From the IMG/VR virus record IMGVR_UViG_3300027754_000037: a stretch of DNA of 64,000 bases; one strand, written 5' to 3'. This document shows, one piece after another, positions 29,201 to 37,880 of this stretch. Both the position numbers and the translations under genes were made by a program. The notes under the pieces are model-generated. The model saw only the letters and a list, made by a program, of their open reading frames with translations, did not search any database and was not told where the DNA came from. How positions within the stretch are numbered: the first letter of the stretch is position 1; each line of letters begins with the position of its first letter. The stretch comes from a virus (lineage: Duplodnaviria; Caudoviricetes).

Positions 29201-30013
29201 ACAAGAATCGATACACTACCCGGTGCTGAAAATCTGGGAGAAATCGATGATGCAGTTTATTTCCGAAATAAACTCCTCACGGCTCTCAACTTTCCCAAGA
29301 ATTACTTCAACAATGAAGACCCCGGCGCTACAAGAATTACCCTCTCAGCACAAGATGTTAAATTTGCTCGCATGATCGAGAGACTTCAAAGCTACTTTGA
29401 AGACGGAATCATGGAAATAGCAGAAAGACACCTTCAACTCAGAGGATACCCAGAAGATAGCTACAAGGACCTCCGTATCAAAATGACCCCTCCAAGCGAT
29501 TGGAGAGAACTCTCAAGAGCAGAAGTTGTAAATGCCCGATACGGCAATGCCGGAACACTCAAAGGCAGTCAGTTAATGTCAGATTTTGACATCATGACAA
29601 AAATCCTCAAATATAACCAAGATGATGCCGACGAAATGCTGGCACGCCTCAAAATCCAAAAGCTTGAAGACCTCAAACTGCAAGTATTGGCCCAAAATCC
29701 ACAACTTCTGGGTGTTGGAATCCCAAGTGCCGAAGGCCAAGACCAAGAACTTGGTGCAGAAGCAGGTGGACCTAACTCTATGCCAGAACCCGGAGGCGAA
29801 GGAACTCCACCTGAAGGAGAACTTCCTCCTGAAGCACCGCCCGAGGGCTTGCCAGTACCATCCGAAGGACCGCCATCAGAAAAGGCTGGTACGGCAGAAC
29901 CAGTCAGCATCGCTGAACCCACAGATGATGATATCAAGAAATATGATCTGGAATTACAAGGTTTCGATATTGAATCCGACCTTGAAGACATCGACTTCAG
30001 CGTGAGGAGCTAA
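26237..30013 (+). CDS. gp20: Portal vertex protein (T4 gp20-like) with two inteins; about 612 aa after splicing
   Basis: EDAMVVYR-RAPERRVFYIDVG, EDYWLPIR, IDTLPGAENL..IDD..YFRNKL...L.FP, E.KFARMIERLQ. Confidence 0.95.
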   Translation: MAPLWSDFFKLFSYSSEADPLARRKDPRQFSSAGISQPEAIGADINNPQNVSGGLSSYRQTNDMIDTTTLSNRAMRYKEYERLRNVPEIEAAMTVFADESCVAGNTKIATPFGFITIKELTEKRADERFLVYCYDFEKKDYTLGWAYSPRIVKRAPTITVVLDDGSTFTATEDHRVLKKDGTWCETGDLEVEDELMPFYRVKASQNHTRLRTAQYPRIYTKNKGWIHERQFVDDWRTGKITPKMQAVNLGCRLYADGLKTVQVAERLGHDWRTVGEWLAREGFTTKEIKRLNRFEKERRIIGIEPGPVQDVYDLSVEKHMCFATDSVILHNCQKDENGNIIKITTENQDIKDEIDFLLMNRKMLNLNRNAWVWFKNLCISGDYFVELVINPENPKEGIYRTMPLPCETMYRIETVKGKIIEYQQSKEGPDYQAIVRGSVNDMTDTELNQTTAIRFAPSQIVHFRIGDDRKTFYPYGQSLIEPARGPAHSLRMLEDAMVVYRLCLVGDTVISLQNGTKNIRDIKVGDTVLSYDCDGKLIPTKVVCHVNNGIQNVFSVNSKHIEIVGTATHPLLVNRQGVLQYVDIQDLIPKTDKLICVTRNDNVLTQIPKSTKEPWAKLSSEMRTAFRNGNYENISKLLKNCKVKDNRAKQFLYAESKALPINLAKNVCDIFELDHSKLIITKKSQVYSEKINLPKFVDEEFARLFGFLIGDGSISRKLCRIVFSAGEKQEVNQKYAGLLQKYFGKVSYNPDKRGKFGNYCVSSARGAEIFLELGYIPGAKNKRIPQWVFTSNPEIRKAFVEGISDAHGCQRTTFKGTWFSTIEICNKELVKDIKSVWASIGLSSGKIKERQRKGGHEITKNSLMKSTTSHSITISEKELPQYENVCSITPCGQEEVYDITVDNELHNFIANGTPTHNTRAPERRVFYIDVGQLPPFKAEAFMDRIKDQFRKRKVTSNSGSPGANQVEEKWMPPAQDEDYWLPIRPNSNTRIDTLPGAENLGEIDDAVYFRNKLLTALNFPKNYFNNEDPGATRITLSAQDVKFARMIERLQSYFEDGIMEIAERHLQLRGYPEDSYKDLRIKMTPPSDWRELSRAEVVNARYGNAGTLKGSQLMSDFDIMTKILKYNQDDADEMLARLKIQKLEDLKLQVLAQNPQLLGVGIPSAEGQDQELGAEAGGPNSMPEPGGEGTPPEGELPPEAPPEGLPVPSEGPPSEKAGTAEPVSIAEPTDDDIKKYDLELQGFDIESDLEDIDFSVRS
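26537..27229 (+). mobile_element. Intein 1 (231 aa) in portal
   Basis: S|CVAGNTKI block A, T.DHRVL block B, VYDLSVE..H..F...VILHN|C; no LAGLIDADG. Confidence 0.92.
27743..28987 (+). mobile_element. Intein 2 (415 aa) with LAGLIDADG domain
   Basis: L|CLVGDT, TATHPLL, GFLIGDGS and EGISDAHG, VYDITV...HNFIANG..THN|T. Confidence 0.95.
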
Positions 30014-30267
30014 TGGATCAGACACCCTTGCAACAACTCATGAGCCTTGTATTTAAAAACAAAAGACTCGTCCAGCAGTCAACACAAGCTGGATGTATCT
30101 TTTGTTGCAAGGTATACGAAAGCAAAGACATCACAAAATACACGGATAATGATCAAACATGCCTATGTCCAAACTGCGGTACTGATGCCGTGCTGGGAGA
30201 CATGGGAGGCTACACAATCAACGAGGAAAATCTAAAAAAAGCCAATCAATACTGGTTCAAATACTAA
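30013..30267 (+). CDS. Small zinc-binding protein
   Basis: GCIFC...TCLCPNCGTDAVL. Confidence 0.65.
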   Translation: MDQTPLQQLMSLVFKNKRLVQQSTQAGCIFCCKVYESKDITKYTDNDQTCLCPNCGTDAVLGDMGGYTINEENLKKANQYWFKY

Positions 30268-30623
30268 TTTGTATCGCTAGAGTAACCGTCCGCTGAATGA
30301 GGGGCCAAAGCATCAGGCTCCTGACCAGTCTTGTCTCCAAGTCCCTTCTCCGTGAAGTGAGGATTCATTTTTGGACGCATATCCTGAAAACTATCCAACT
30401 TGTGACGAGTCAATATGGCCTTGATATCGGGATCGTTGCGGTATTGGTTCAGAAAACTTATAATAATTTCAGGCCTTGTGTCGATAATTCTTTTCAAAGC
30501 ATCCATAGCTATATCTAAGTTCTGTTTCGACTGAGGATCATAACCATTGTGGTCCTTGGAGCTTGACTCACCGTCATATGCTGCCACTTCCTTCTGGACA
30601 ACAAACTCCTCAAATGTTTTCAT
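30264..30623 (-). CDS. Hypothetical with CTS-like N-terminus
   Basis: MKTFEEFVVQKE after GAGG SD. Confidence 0.7.
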   Translation of the reverse strand: MKTFEEFVVQKEVAAYDGESSSKDHNGYDPQSKQNLDIAMDALKRIIDTRPEIIISFLNQYRNDPDIKAILTRHKLDSFQDMRPKMNPHFTEKGLGDKTGQEPDALAPHSADGYSSDTN

Positions 30624-30823
30624 ATTTTTCCTCAAATTTAAGTCCAATTGCATACTTATATACTAGAAGGATTTAAAAATAACGATTATTGGTGCGAATT
30701 TGACTCTTGAGGTATACATACTGTCATTAAGAAAGCAATTGTGTTTCTTTGGAACATAAGCAAGTAAGCGCCGTAACGCATGAGTATTCAGACTTTAACA
30801 AGCATAGAGGGAGTCAATTGATT

Positions 30824-32659
30824 ATGAAAAGAACACTAATCAGCTTCGATAACTTCAAGAAAATCGAAGAAAATTCACTAACAAAAGCTCAACAGGAATT
30901 GATTGAAGCAGCAGAAACGCTTGCAAAAACCTTGGGACTCGAAAGTCTCGAACTTCATACATTCGGTGAGTCTGATGTTACCTACCAGTCCAACGATGGT
31001 AATTTTATCCACGCCACATACACCATGACTGACAACGAAGTTTTTCTGGAAAACATCCAGATGCTCGTTATCGAAGAGGAGTCCGAGAAGAGCTTCGCTC
31101 GTGAAACAATCAGTAATATGATCGACAATATCCTTGAAAATAAGGATCACGAAGCAAATAGCATGTTCGAGACCTACATGAGTATGCCCTTCGTTCGTCG
31201 TGAATTGATGGTCAACGAGGCATTCAAGGTCACAATTTCCAAGCCAACAGGCAAGAAGTCTCCCCTCAAGGGTCGCAAGCAAGACCGCTCACTCGTTGCA
31301 AAGCGTGCCCGTGCTCGCAAAGCAACCATTGCTGCAATGAGCCCAAGCGAGCGCAAGAAGCTTGGCCGTCACCGTGATCAAGCTTCCGGCAAACTTAGCG
31401 GTAGCACTAACCCCCGCTGGAGAGTCTACGCTCGCAAGATCAAGCCAAAGACCATGAAAGAATGGTGCACGATGTGCGAGAATGTACTCGGATACATCGA
31501 CTTCAAGACCACAGGCGCTGTCTTGAACGAGTCCGCTATCAAAACCGACGAGCGTGGAAATGTCGTAGCAATCGCCCTGCCCACCCAAAACAAGCGCAAC
31601 GAGGGCAAGATTATCTCCATGAACTTCAAGACGATGGACACCGAACTCAAAGTCCTTCGCTCCAGCATGAAGAAAATCAGCGAAGACCAAATTTTCGTCA
31701 AGGCTATGGCCGACCTCAAGCGTTATAACAACATCTCTGACAACACCGCTCTTGAGGAAACCCTCGAAGCTATCGTTAGCCGTTGGCCCAACCTGCTGTA
31801 CATAACCGAGACAGAACTGGCCGAGCAAATCACACTCGCACTCGAGTCCGCAAGCCTCAGCAACTATGACGATGCAACCTGCTCCTTCATGGCCGAAGCC
31901 ATCCTCCGCACGGCCCACAACGCCTTCACAGACAAGGTCCGCAAGATCGGACAACTCGCTGGAGCCCAAAGCGATGTGAGCTCCGAATGCAGAGATTGCG
32001 AAGATTCCTACAAGGAATTCTCCAACGCTGCCCAACACTTGTTCAACCAGCTTGACGAAAGTGCTACAAACGAACTGAATATCTTCTCCGACCTGTACAA
32101 GGCCCTACACGAGGTTCACCGCATCGCTGCCGAAACCGGCGACGAGGCAACCCGCATCGAAGTCGCTGACTTCATGCGTGAGTGCTCATCCATCCTGAAC
32201 GGCAACAGCGAAACCGACATGGAACTAGCCGAGGCAATCGCTGATTACCTCGCTGACATGCTCGAAGCTTCCGAAGAGCACGAAGAAGGATGGGGACACG
32301 GAGTTGAGGTTTCCGCCACAGGCGAACACCCCATGACCAAGTGGAACGCAAAACAAAACGCAGTCGCCAGCAACAACACAGGTGGCTGGAAGGACGCTGC
32401 TCCAGCCAGCGATGGCAAGAACTACAACAAGGGACACGCCGATGAAATGGGGTACAGCGCCCTGTCAAACTTGGCAAACGATGACACTTGGCCCAACATG
32501 AGCAATCCTTATGTGCCCAAGGCAGTCAACGCAAAGATGAAGGAAAAGAATGTTGTTGACGACAGCGAGGGTCTTGGCGACGACCGCTTCAGCAACACTT
32601 GGCCCGGTCTGAATAACCCAATGTCACTCAAGCCAGTTATGCCCAAACCTGTTGTTTAA
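30824..32659 (+). CDS. Putative prohead core protein
   Basis: Between portal and protease (T4 gp67/gp68 position); Glu-rich helical with a basic RARARK segment; C-ending codon bias; start MKRTLISF. Confidence 0.55.
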   Translation: MKRTLISFDNFKKIEENSLTKAQQELIEAAETLAKTLGLESLELHTFGESDVTYQSNDGNFIHATYTMTDNEVFLENIQMLVIEEESEKSFARETISNMIDNILENKDHEANSMFETYMSMPFVRRELMVNEAFKVTISKPTGKKSPLKGRKQDRSLVAKRARARKATIAAMSPSERKKLGRHRDQASGKLSGSTNPRWRVYARKIKPKTMKEWCTMCENVLGYIDFKTTGAVLNESAIKTDERGNVVAIALPTQNKRNEGKIISMNFKTMDTELKVLRSSMKKISEDQIFVKAMADLKRYNNISDNTALEETLEAIVSRWPNLLYITETELAEQITLALESASLSNYDDATCSFMAEAILRTAHNAFTDKVRKIGQLAGAQSDVSSECRDCEDSYKEFSNAAQHLFNQLDESATNELNIFSDLYKALHEVHRIAAETGDEATRIEVADFMRECSSILNGNSETDMELAEAIADYLADMLEASEEHEEGWGHGVEVSATGEHPMTKWNAKQNAVASNNTGGWKDAAPASDGKNYNKGHADEMGYSALSNLANDDTWPNMSNPYVPKAVNAKMKEKNVVDDSEGLGDDRFSNTWPGLNNPMSLKPVMPKPVV

Positions 32660-32677
32660 CAAAATAAAGGAGTAAAA

Positions 32678-33337
32678 ATGGACAATCAGGTACTGTTTGT
32701 TGACTGCTGCGGAGGCCTCTGCATGAGCCTCAACGAGTCGGTTTCCGATAGGGGACTGACTCGCTTCCGAGGGAAATTCCAAGAAGCCGAAGCCATCAAC
32801 AAAAACAAGAGAATCTATCCCTACGCTGTTCTAGACGAGAATTTCAAGAAACTCACGCCCATCATCGAAGCCCGTGGCCTCATCGGTGAGCTCGACCACC
32901 CTACAGACAGCATTATCCACTTCGAGAAGGCATCCCACATCATCACTAAGCTGTGGTGGGATGGAAACAGCCTGATGGGAGAAGGAGAAATCCTCAATAC
33001 CCCACATGGAAAAATCCTCAAGAGCCTCCTCAATGACGGAGTACGCATCGGTATCAGCAGCCGTGGAGTAGGAAACGGAAGAAGCGATGAGAACGGCATC
33101 CTCGTCATCGGTGAAAGCTACAAGCTCATCACCTTCGACGCTGTAGCCGATCCCAGCACCCACTCCGCTTTCCAAGAGAAAGTAGCAGGAGCCAAAAAGG
33201 AAAGCTACAATCCTACACCCTCAGCAGCAGCATCAACAAACACGACTGCTCGCAAAACCGTCAACAAGGATGCCCTCCTAGCTTGCTTGGGTGGTATCAT
33301 CGAAAGCAAGACCAAGAAAATCACAAGCAGACTGTGA
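32678..33337 (+). CDS. gp21: Prohead core scaffolding protease, T4 gp21-like
   Basis: NKNKRIYP, GELDHP, IGISSRGVG, FDAVADPS. Confidence 0.95.
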   Translation: MDNQVLFVDCCGGLCMSLNESVSDRGLTRFRGKFQEAEAINKNKRIYPYAVLDENFKKLTPIIEARGLIGELDHPTDSIIHFEKASHIITKLWWDGNSLMGEGEILNTPHGKILKSLLNDGVRIGISSRGVGNGRSDENGILVIGESYKLITFDAVADPSTHSAFQEKVAGAKKESYNPTPSAAASTNTTARKTVNKDALLACLGGIIESKTKKITSRL

Positions 33338-33359
33338 AATTAATCTAATCCCCACCTTT

Positions 33360-33398
33360 AAAAAGAAACCGTGACCAAAAATCACGGTTTCTTTTTTT
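33360..33398. terminator. Bidirectional terminator
   Basis: 15-bp arms AAAAAGAAACCGTGA / TCACGGTTTCTTTTT. Confidence 0.85.
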
Positions 33399-33403
33399 AA
33401 CAC

Positions 33404-34306
33404 CTAAGGAAACTTACGACCCTCCACCAGCTTTTCCATCAAAAAACGAGCCCTCGCTCCACATATCTCATGCTCCCATTCCGATCCCTCATTGCAACGC
33501 AAATTCCTTAATTTCTTGTTTAATTCTGGATACCAAGAATCAAACCAACCCTTAACCCATGTCAAAAGATCACGACTACCATACAACTTCAAAACCACAC
33601 CAACACAACCCTGACCATCCACCAGTCCAGCTATGAAAGCCAAAGATTTGTCCTCATCAAGAATCGATACATCACCATAATTCAAACGCAAATCCTCAAC
33701 CCAACTCTCAACTCCATGCAAAACCAACATCAACCTGCCACTACTCACCCTCTGAAGCAATCCAGTATGACATATAAAATCTTGAAAAGATCTTAATACG
33801 CCCTCTTGACCCACAGGAACCCTCAGGAAAAATGAACCTCGACCATCAATCCTGTAATGATGACCACACAAATAACCAGCCCAATAACTGTTCACCAAAC
33901 CCGCAACCCGAAAGAAATCCTTGTCAAAAAAATACCTCCTGCCACGACCACGACAAGCAATACTCATCACCTTCGACCTGTTTCCCCGAAGTCCTAACAC
34001 GGCAGCACGAGACTTAACAGAACCGTATGTCTTGTTTTTTAATCGAGATAATATCTCCGAACGACCCACACGACCATAACATTCTCGCAATATATAATCC
34101 TCATCCTTTGTCCACAATCCAACACAATCCTTGCAGCACTCACCACGACGGACTCTCTGTCTAAACTTGTCCAGACTTATTTTTCCAACTACACCACATG
34201 TGCAACGATAATCCACAGGTGTGCTAAAACCACTATATTCCCCGAGCAATTCGCAAGCATACGATGCAAACTCAGCCTTCACAGAATCTTGAGATAATTT
34301 TTTCAC
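33404..34306 (-). mobile_element. Free-standing degenerate LAGLIDADG homing endonuclease
   Basis: YRCTCG Zn motif, WTKDED..L HTH, SYWAGYLCG and AFIAGLVDGQG motifs; antisense within head operon; GTG start. Confidence 0.7.
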
Positions 34307-34428
34307 TTTAAGTCCAAAAAAATAGATATTGATGCATACTTATATTATGTGTCGCCACCAAAGAACCTGCGAAATTAAGTTGCTTTTTTGAGCGGAATAG
34401 TTTTTTGGTTAAAAAATTCATTGTTCAG

Positions 34429-34436
34429 CATATATA
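34429..34436 (+). promoter_or_regulatory. Late-like promoter CATATATA for scaffold-capsid unit
   Basis: Same octamer class as other late genes; 21 bp before scaffold ATG. Confidence 0.55.
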
Positions 34437-34457
34437 AAACAAAGCGAGGATAGGCTA

Positions 34458-35357
34458 ATGGAAAAGATTGTAAATGCATTAAAGAAGCTTCTTCCCGAGA
34501 ATGAGGTCAACGAAGTTGCCGAGTCGGTCAACAGTTTGCTCGAGCAAGCCAAGCAAAATCTCGAAACCGAATACAACCAGAAACTCGAAGAGGCTTATGC
34601 CGAACTGACCAACGAGCTTGCAGATGCAGAGAAGACTGCCGAGCAAGGCTATGAAGAAGCATACGCCATCATCGGTGACCTCCGCACCCGCCTCGAAGTC
34701 CAAGGCGAAGAGTACAAGTCCGCTCTAGAAGAGGGATACGAGGAAGCCTATCAGATGCTTAAGGGCGAGCGTGAAAAGAACAACAACTTGGAAGTCGATA
34801 TGTACGAAGAGTACGATCACAAGCTGGCCGAGATGAAGGAATACATCGTTGACAAGGTTGATCAATTCCTGCAAATCAAGGGCTCTGAAATCTACGAGCA
34901 AGCCCGTCAAGATATCCTTAAAGACCCCCGCATGGCAGAGCATAGAGTTGCTCTCGACCGCATCATCGACATCACATCAAACTACCTGTCCGACGACGAC
35001 TTTGCAGGTGTCAACAGCGCCAAGCTGCAAGAAACCTCAAAGCAAGTCGAGGAACTCAGGGGCCAACTGCGTATTCTCGAAGCACGCAATATTCGCATCA
35101 ACACAGAGAATACAAAGCTCAACGAAGCCGTCCGTCAGGCTCAGGAACTCATTACTGAAAGCCGTAAGGTCGTCTCTAAAGAGAGGAAGTACGCTGTTAT
35201 CAGCGAACAGAAAGAAAGATTACAGAAAGCAGAGAAAGTAACGGGGAGAGGTACAACCGCTAATGACAATGTAGTCATCAGCGAGTACGCAGCTTCGGCT
35301 GCAAATACCGACCATGACCAATTGTTGGTCCTGTCGGGTCTGAAGAAACAACAGTAA
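34458..35357 (+). CDS. Prohead scaffold protein, T4 gp22-like
   Basis: Glu-rich coiled coil directly upstream of MCP; IVDKVDQFL. Confidence 0.85.
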   Translation: MEKIVNALKKLLPENEVNEVAESVNSLLEQAKQNLETEYNQKLEEAYAELTNELADAEKTAEQGYEEAYAIIGDLRTRLEVQGEEYKSALEEGYEEAYQMLKGEREKNNNLEVDMYEEYDHKLAEMKEYIVDKVDQFLQIKGSEIYEQARQDILKDPRMAEHRVALDRIIDITSNYLSDDDFAGVNSAKLQETSKQVEELRGQLRILEARNIRINTENTKLNEAVRQAQELITESRKVVSKERKYAVISEQKERLQKAEKVTGRGTTANDNVVISEYAASAANTDHDQLLVLSGLKKQQ

Positions 35358-35387
35358 TTCCCTTAACCTAAAGAATAGGAAAAACAG

Positions 35388-36824
35388 ATGAACGCAAATT
35401 CAAGATTTTTGAACGAAGCTAGGGAGTTAGAAACTCGCTGGAAGAAGACCGGACTCCTCGAAGGTATCCAAGACCGCCACATTCGCTCTGCTACCGCAGT
35501 TCTACTCGAAAACCAAAGGCTGATGAACGAAGTCAGCACCGACACAGGTGATGTTGCTCAATTCAAACGCATCAGCATTCCCCTTGTTCGTCGTATTTAC
35601 CCCCAGTTGATCGCTAACAAAGTCGTCAGCGTTCAACCCCTGCTCGGACCAACCGGCTTGGTGTACTATCTCCGCTTCCGCTACTCCACTAACAAGGGTG
35701 CTACCCGTGGTGCTGATAACAACGGCGGTTTCCCCGGTGACGATGCAAACTCATTGATGCAGAAGGCTGATGGTACTGCAAATTTGGATATCTTCTACTC
35801 CAGCCAATTCGTTCAAAACGAAAGCACCAATACTGATGCTGGCTTGGGAGTTGTGTCCACCTATGCTCCTCTTGAACACACACCAGTCCTCGCCGGAACT
35901 ATGACCGGAACTGTCTATGACGGCGCTACCGCTGTCCAGACATTCACCGTTTCCGCTGCTAACTCTTTCACCTTCACCACCATTGGCACTCCCGACCCTT
36001 CAGTATCTAGCGGTAGCCTGAACACCACCACCGGCCAACTGGTACTCAACTGGAGCGGCGCTCCCGGTCCTAACCGTGTTGTAGTCTCCTACGAGTACAA
36101 TATGGAGTGCAATCAAGACCTCCCCGAAATCAATCTCGTCATTGAGTCGGAAGAGATCGCTGCCAAAACCCGCAAGCTGAAAGCCGTATGGAGCTACGAG
36201 GCCCAACAGGACCTCCGCAGCCAACACAACCTCGACGCAGAGGCCGAATTGACTGCTGTTCTCGCTCAAGAAATCAACCTCGAAATCGACCGTGAAGTTC
36301 TGACCGACCTCCGTAACAACGCCGGTACTGTCAGCGCATGGGACTTCAACACCGCACTCGGTGAGACCATCAAGGAAAAGTACGAGAGCCTCTATGTTAA
36401 GGTTGTCGAGATTTCCAATGTCATCCACAGGAAGACCCTGCGTGGTGGCGCTAACTGGATCGTGACCAGCCCCGAAGTCGCTTCGATCTTCGAGACTGCA
36501 ACCGCCGGTTTCGCTCCCGCTCCTTCCGAGACATTCACCAGCAGCTTGGGCATCCAATATGTCGGTACTGTCAACAACCGTTGGAGGCTCTACAAGGACC
36601 CCCTGTTCCCAAGCAACCAATTGCTCATGGGATACAAGGGCGACTCCTACATGGACAGCGGATATTTCTACTGCCCCTATGTGCCTCTCACCCAGACCCC
36701 CGTTGTGCTTGACCCAGAGAGCTTTTGCCCACGCAAGGGAATTCTCACAAGATATGGAAAAAAGTTATTACGGGAAGGTGCCAAGTTCTATGCCCGCATG
36801 AGTATCGCAAATTTTGTGATTTGA
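35388..36824 (+). CDS. gp23: Major capsid protein, T4 gp23-like
   Basis: IPLVRR, VSVQPLLGPTGLVY.LR, AKTRKLKA.WSYE.QQDL...H.LDAEAEL...EI..EIDREV, FYCPYVPL, TRYG. Confidence 0.98.
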   Translation: MNANSRFLNEARELETRWKKTGLLEGIQDRHIRSATAVLLENQRLMNEVSTDTGDVAQFKRISIPLVRRIYPQLIANKVVSVQPLLGPTGLVYYLRFRYSTNKGATRGADNNGGFPGDDANSLMQKADGTANLDIFYSSQFVQNESTNTDAGLGVVSTYAPLEHTPVLAGTMTGTVYDGATAVQTFTVSAANSFTFTTIGTPDPSVSSGSLNTTTGQLVLNWSGAPGPNRVVVSYEYNMECNQDLPEINLVIESEEIAAKTRKLKAVWSYEAQQDLRSQHNLDAEAELTAVLAQEINLEIDREVLTDLRNNAGTVSAWDFNTALGETIKEKYESLYVKVVEISNVIHRKTLRGGANWIVTSPEVASIFETATAGFAPAPSETFTSSLGIQYVGTVNNRWRLYKDPLFPSNQLLMGYKGDSYMDSGYFYCPYVPLTQTPVVLDPESFCPRKGILTRYGKKLLREGAKFYARMSIANFVI

Positions 36825-36852
36825 CGGAAGTAGCATAAAACAAGGAAAAAAC

Positions 36853-36896
36853 AAACAAAAACCTCCTGCGAAAGTAGGAGGTTTTTGTTTTTTATT
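36853..36896 (+). terminator. Terminator after MCP
   Basis: AAACAAAAACCTCCTGC-GAAA-GTAGGAGGTTTTTGTTT. Confidence 0.88.
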
Positions 36897-36911
36897 TTTT
36901 TGTCCCTCTAG

Positions 36912-36940
36912 TTGTTTTTTGACTAGATATGTGCTATAAT
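36912..36940 (+). promoter_or_regulatory. Sigma70-type promoter TTGTTT-N17-TATAAT with extended -10 (TGc)
   Basis: Perfect -10 with TG extension upstream of 36969. Confidence 0.65.
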
Positions 36941-36968
36941 GAAGTTATCCAACATAAAGGAGGCTTCG

Positions 36969-37763
36969 ATGTCCACGAATAAGTACACACGCAAGCATTA
37001 CTACGAAACCAAAAAAGCTGCTGCTCCCGTTCATGCGGAGTCCTCATATGAATTACGAGCCGTAGTTCTGATCGATGATAACGACGACATTGTATTCTTT
37101 GAGGACCATCAAAGTTTCATAGCAAGTAGCGGTCAAAAAAGACTGTTTGATTTTTTGGTCACTTTGAGAAATGGCGATAAAAAAATAATCGAGATCAAAC
37201 CAAAAAAAAGACTCGGTCAATTTACGGAACAAATCAGAGACAATCGTGAATATGCTGCCTCCAAGGGCTGGCTGTTTGAGCTTTGGACTGAAGAAGAACT
37301 TGGATTTAGAGATAGCAAACAAATCACAAGCTGGGCTGATGAATTCATCAAACAGAGAACTGGAATAGATTATGGTGAAGTCCGTAGGCAAAAAACAAAT
37401 TTAAAAGCCAAGAGGCATTATCGTTCAAAAATAGCCAACGACACGGTGACGGTCTTCTGTGCATTCTGTAATGAGGAGCATCATCCCTTGAGGCTCACGC
37501 ATGGCCGTAATATCGCCAGAAATGGCCATTACATCTGCGAACGAGAGGGTGGCCACATAGCTGGGAGCAAGCCTAAAACCAGCCGTATAAAGGAAAATCC
37601 CTATGCTTCTGAGGGAAAGAAGAAGTGTGCTGGTGAGTGTGGTCAGATATTGGAGTTTGAGTGTTTTTCACCTGACAACAGCAAGCGTGATGGTTATTGC
37701 TCATCCTGTAAAGTTTGCAGGAGCGCCAAGGGCAAAAAGAGATATCACGAGAATAAACGGTAG
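36969..37763 (+). CDS. TnsA-like PD-(D/E)XK endonuclease with C-terminal Zn finger (probable mobile endonuclease)
   Basis: ESSYE, FDFLV...IEIKP, F.LWTE; C-terminal KKC..CG.....F.....DGY.S.CK.C; AAGGAGG SD. Confidence 0.75.
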   Translation: MSTNKYTRKHYYETKKAAAPVHAESSYELRAVVLIDDNDDIVFFEDHQSFIASSGQKRLFDFLVTLRNGDKKIIEIKPKKRLGQFTEQIRDNREYAASKGWLFELWTEEELGFRDSKQITSWADEFIKQRTGIDYGEVRRQKTNLKAKRHYRSKIANDTVTVFCAFCNEEHHPLRLTHGRNIARNGHYICEREGGHIAGSKPKTSRIKENPYASEGKKKCAGECGQILEFECFSPDNSKRDGYCSSCKVCRSAKGKKRYHENKR

Positions 37764-37790
37764 ATAATAAAGTCCGAGCATGACTAATGA

Positions 37791-37824
37791 AAAAAACCGG
37801 GGTTTTTTAGGCCCCGGTTTTTTA
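37791..37824. terminator. Bidirectional terminator
   Basis: AAAAAACCGGGG / CCCCGGTTTTTT. Confidence 0.85.
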
Positions 37825-37880
37825 TAAATGGCTATATTTTTTCCATTTTAGATTTTTAAACTGGCTGGGTTTATTGTTTT

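Noticed and set aside
30878-36620. Long antisense ORFs inside head genes (31289..32038, 36000..36620 and others)
   Set aside because: Shadows of codon-biased sense genes; no SD or motifs
26237-36824. Eukaryotic giant virus or nucleus-forming phiKZ-like phage
   Set aside because: Portal, protease and capsid motifs are T4-type; no double-jelly-roll capsid, chimallin or tubulin recognised in this window
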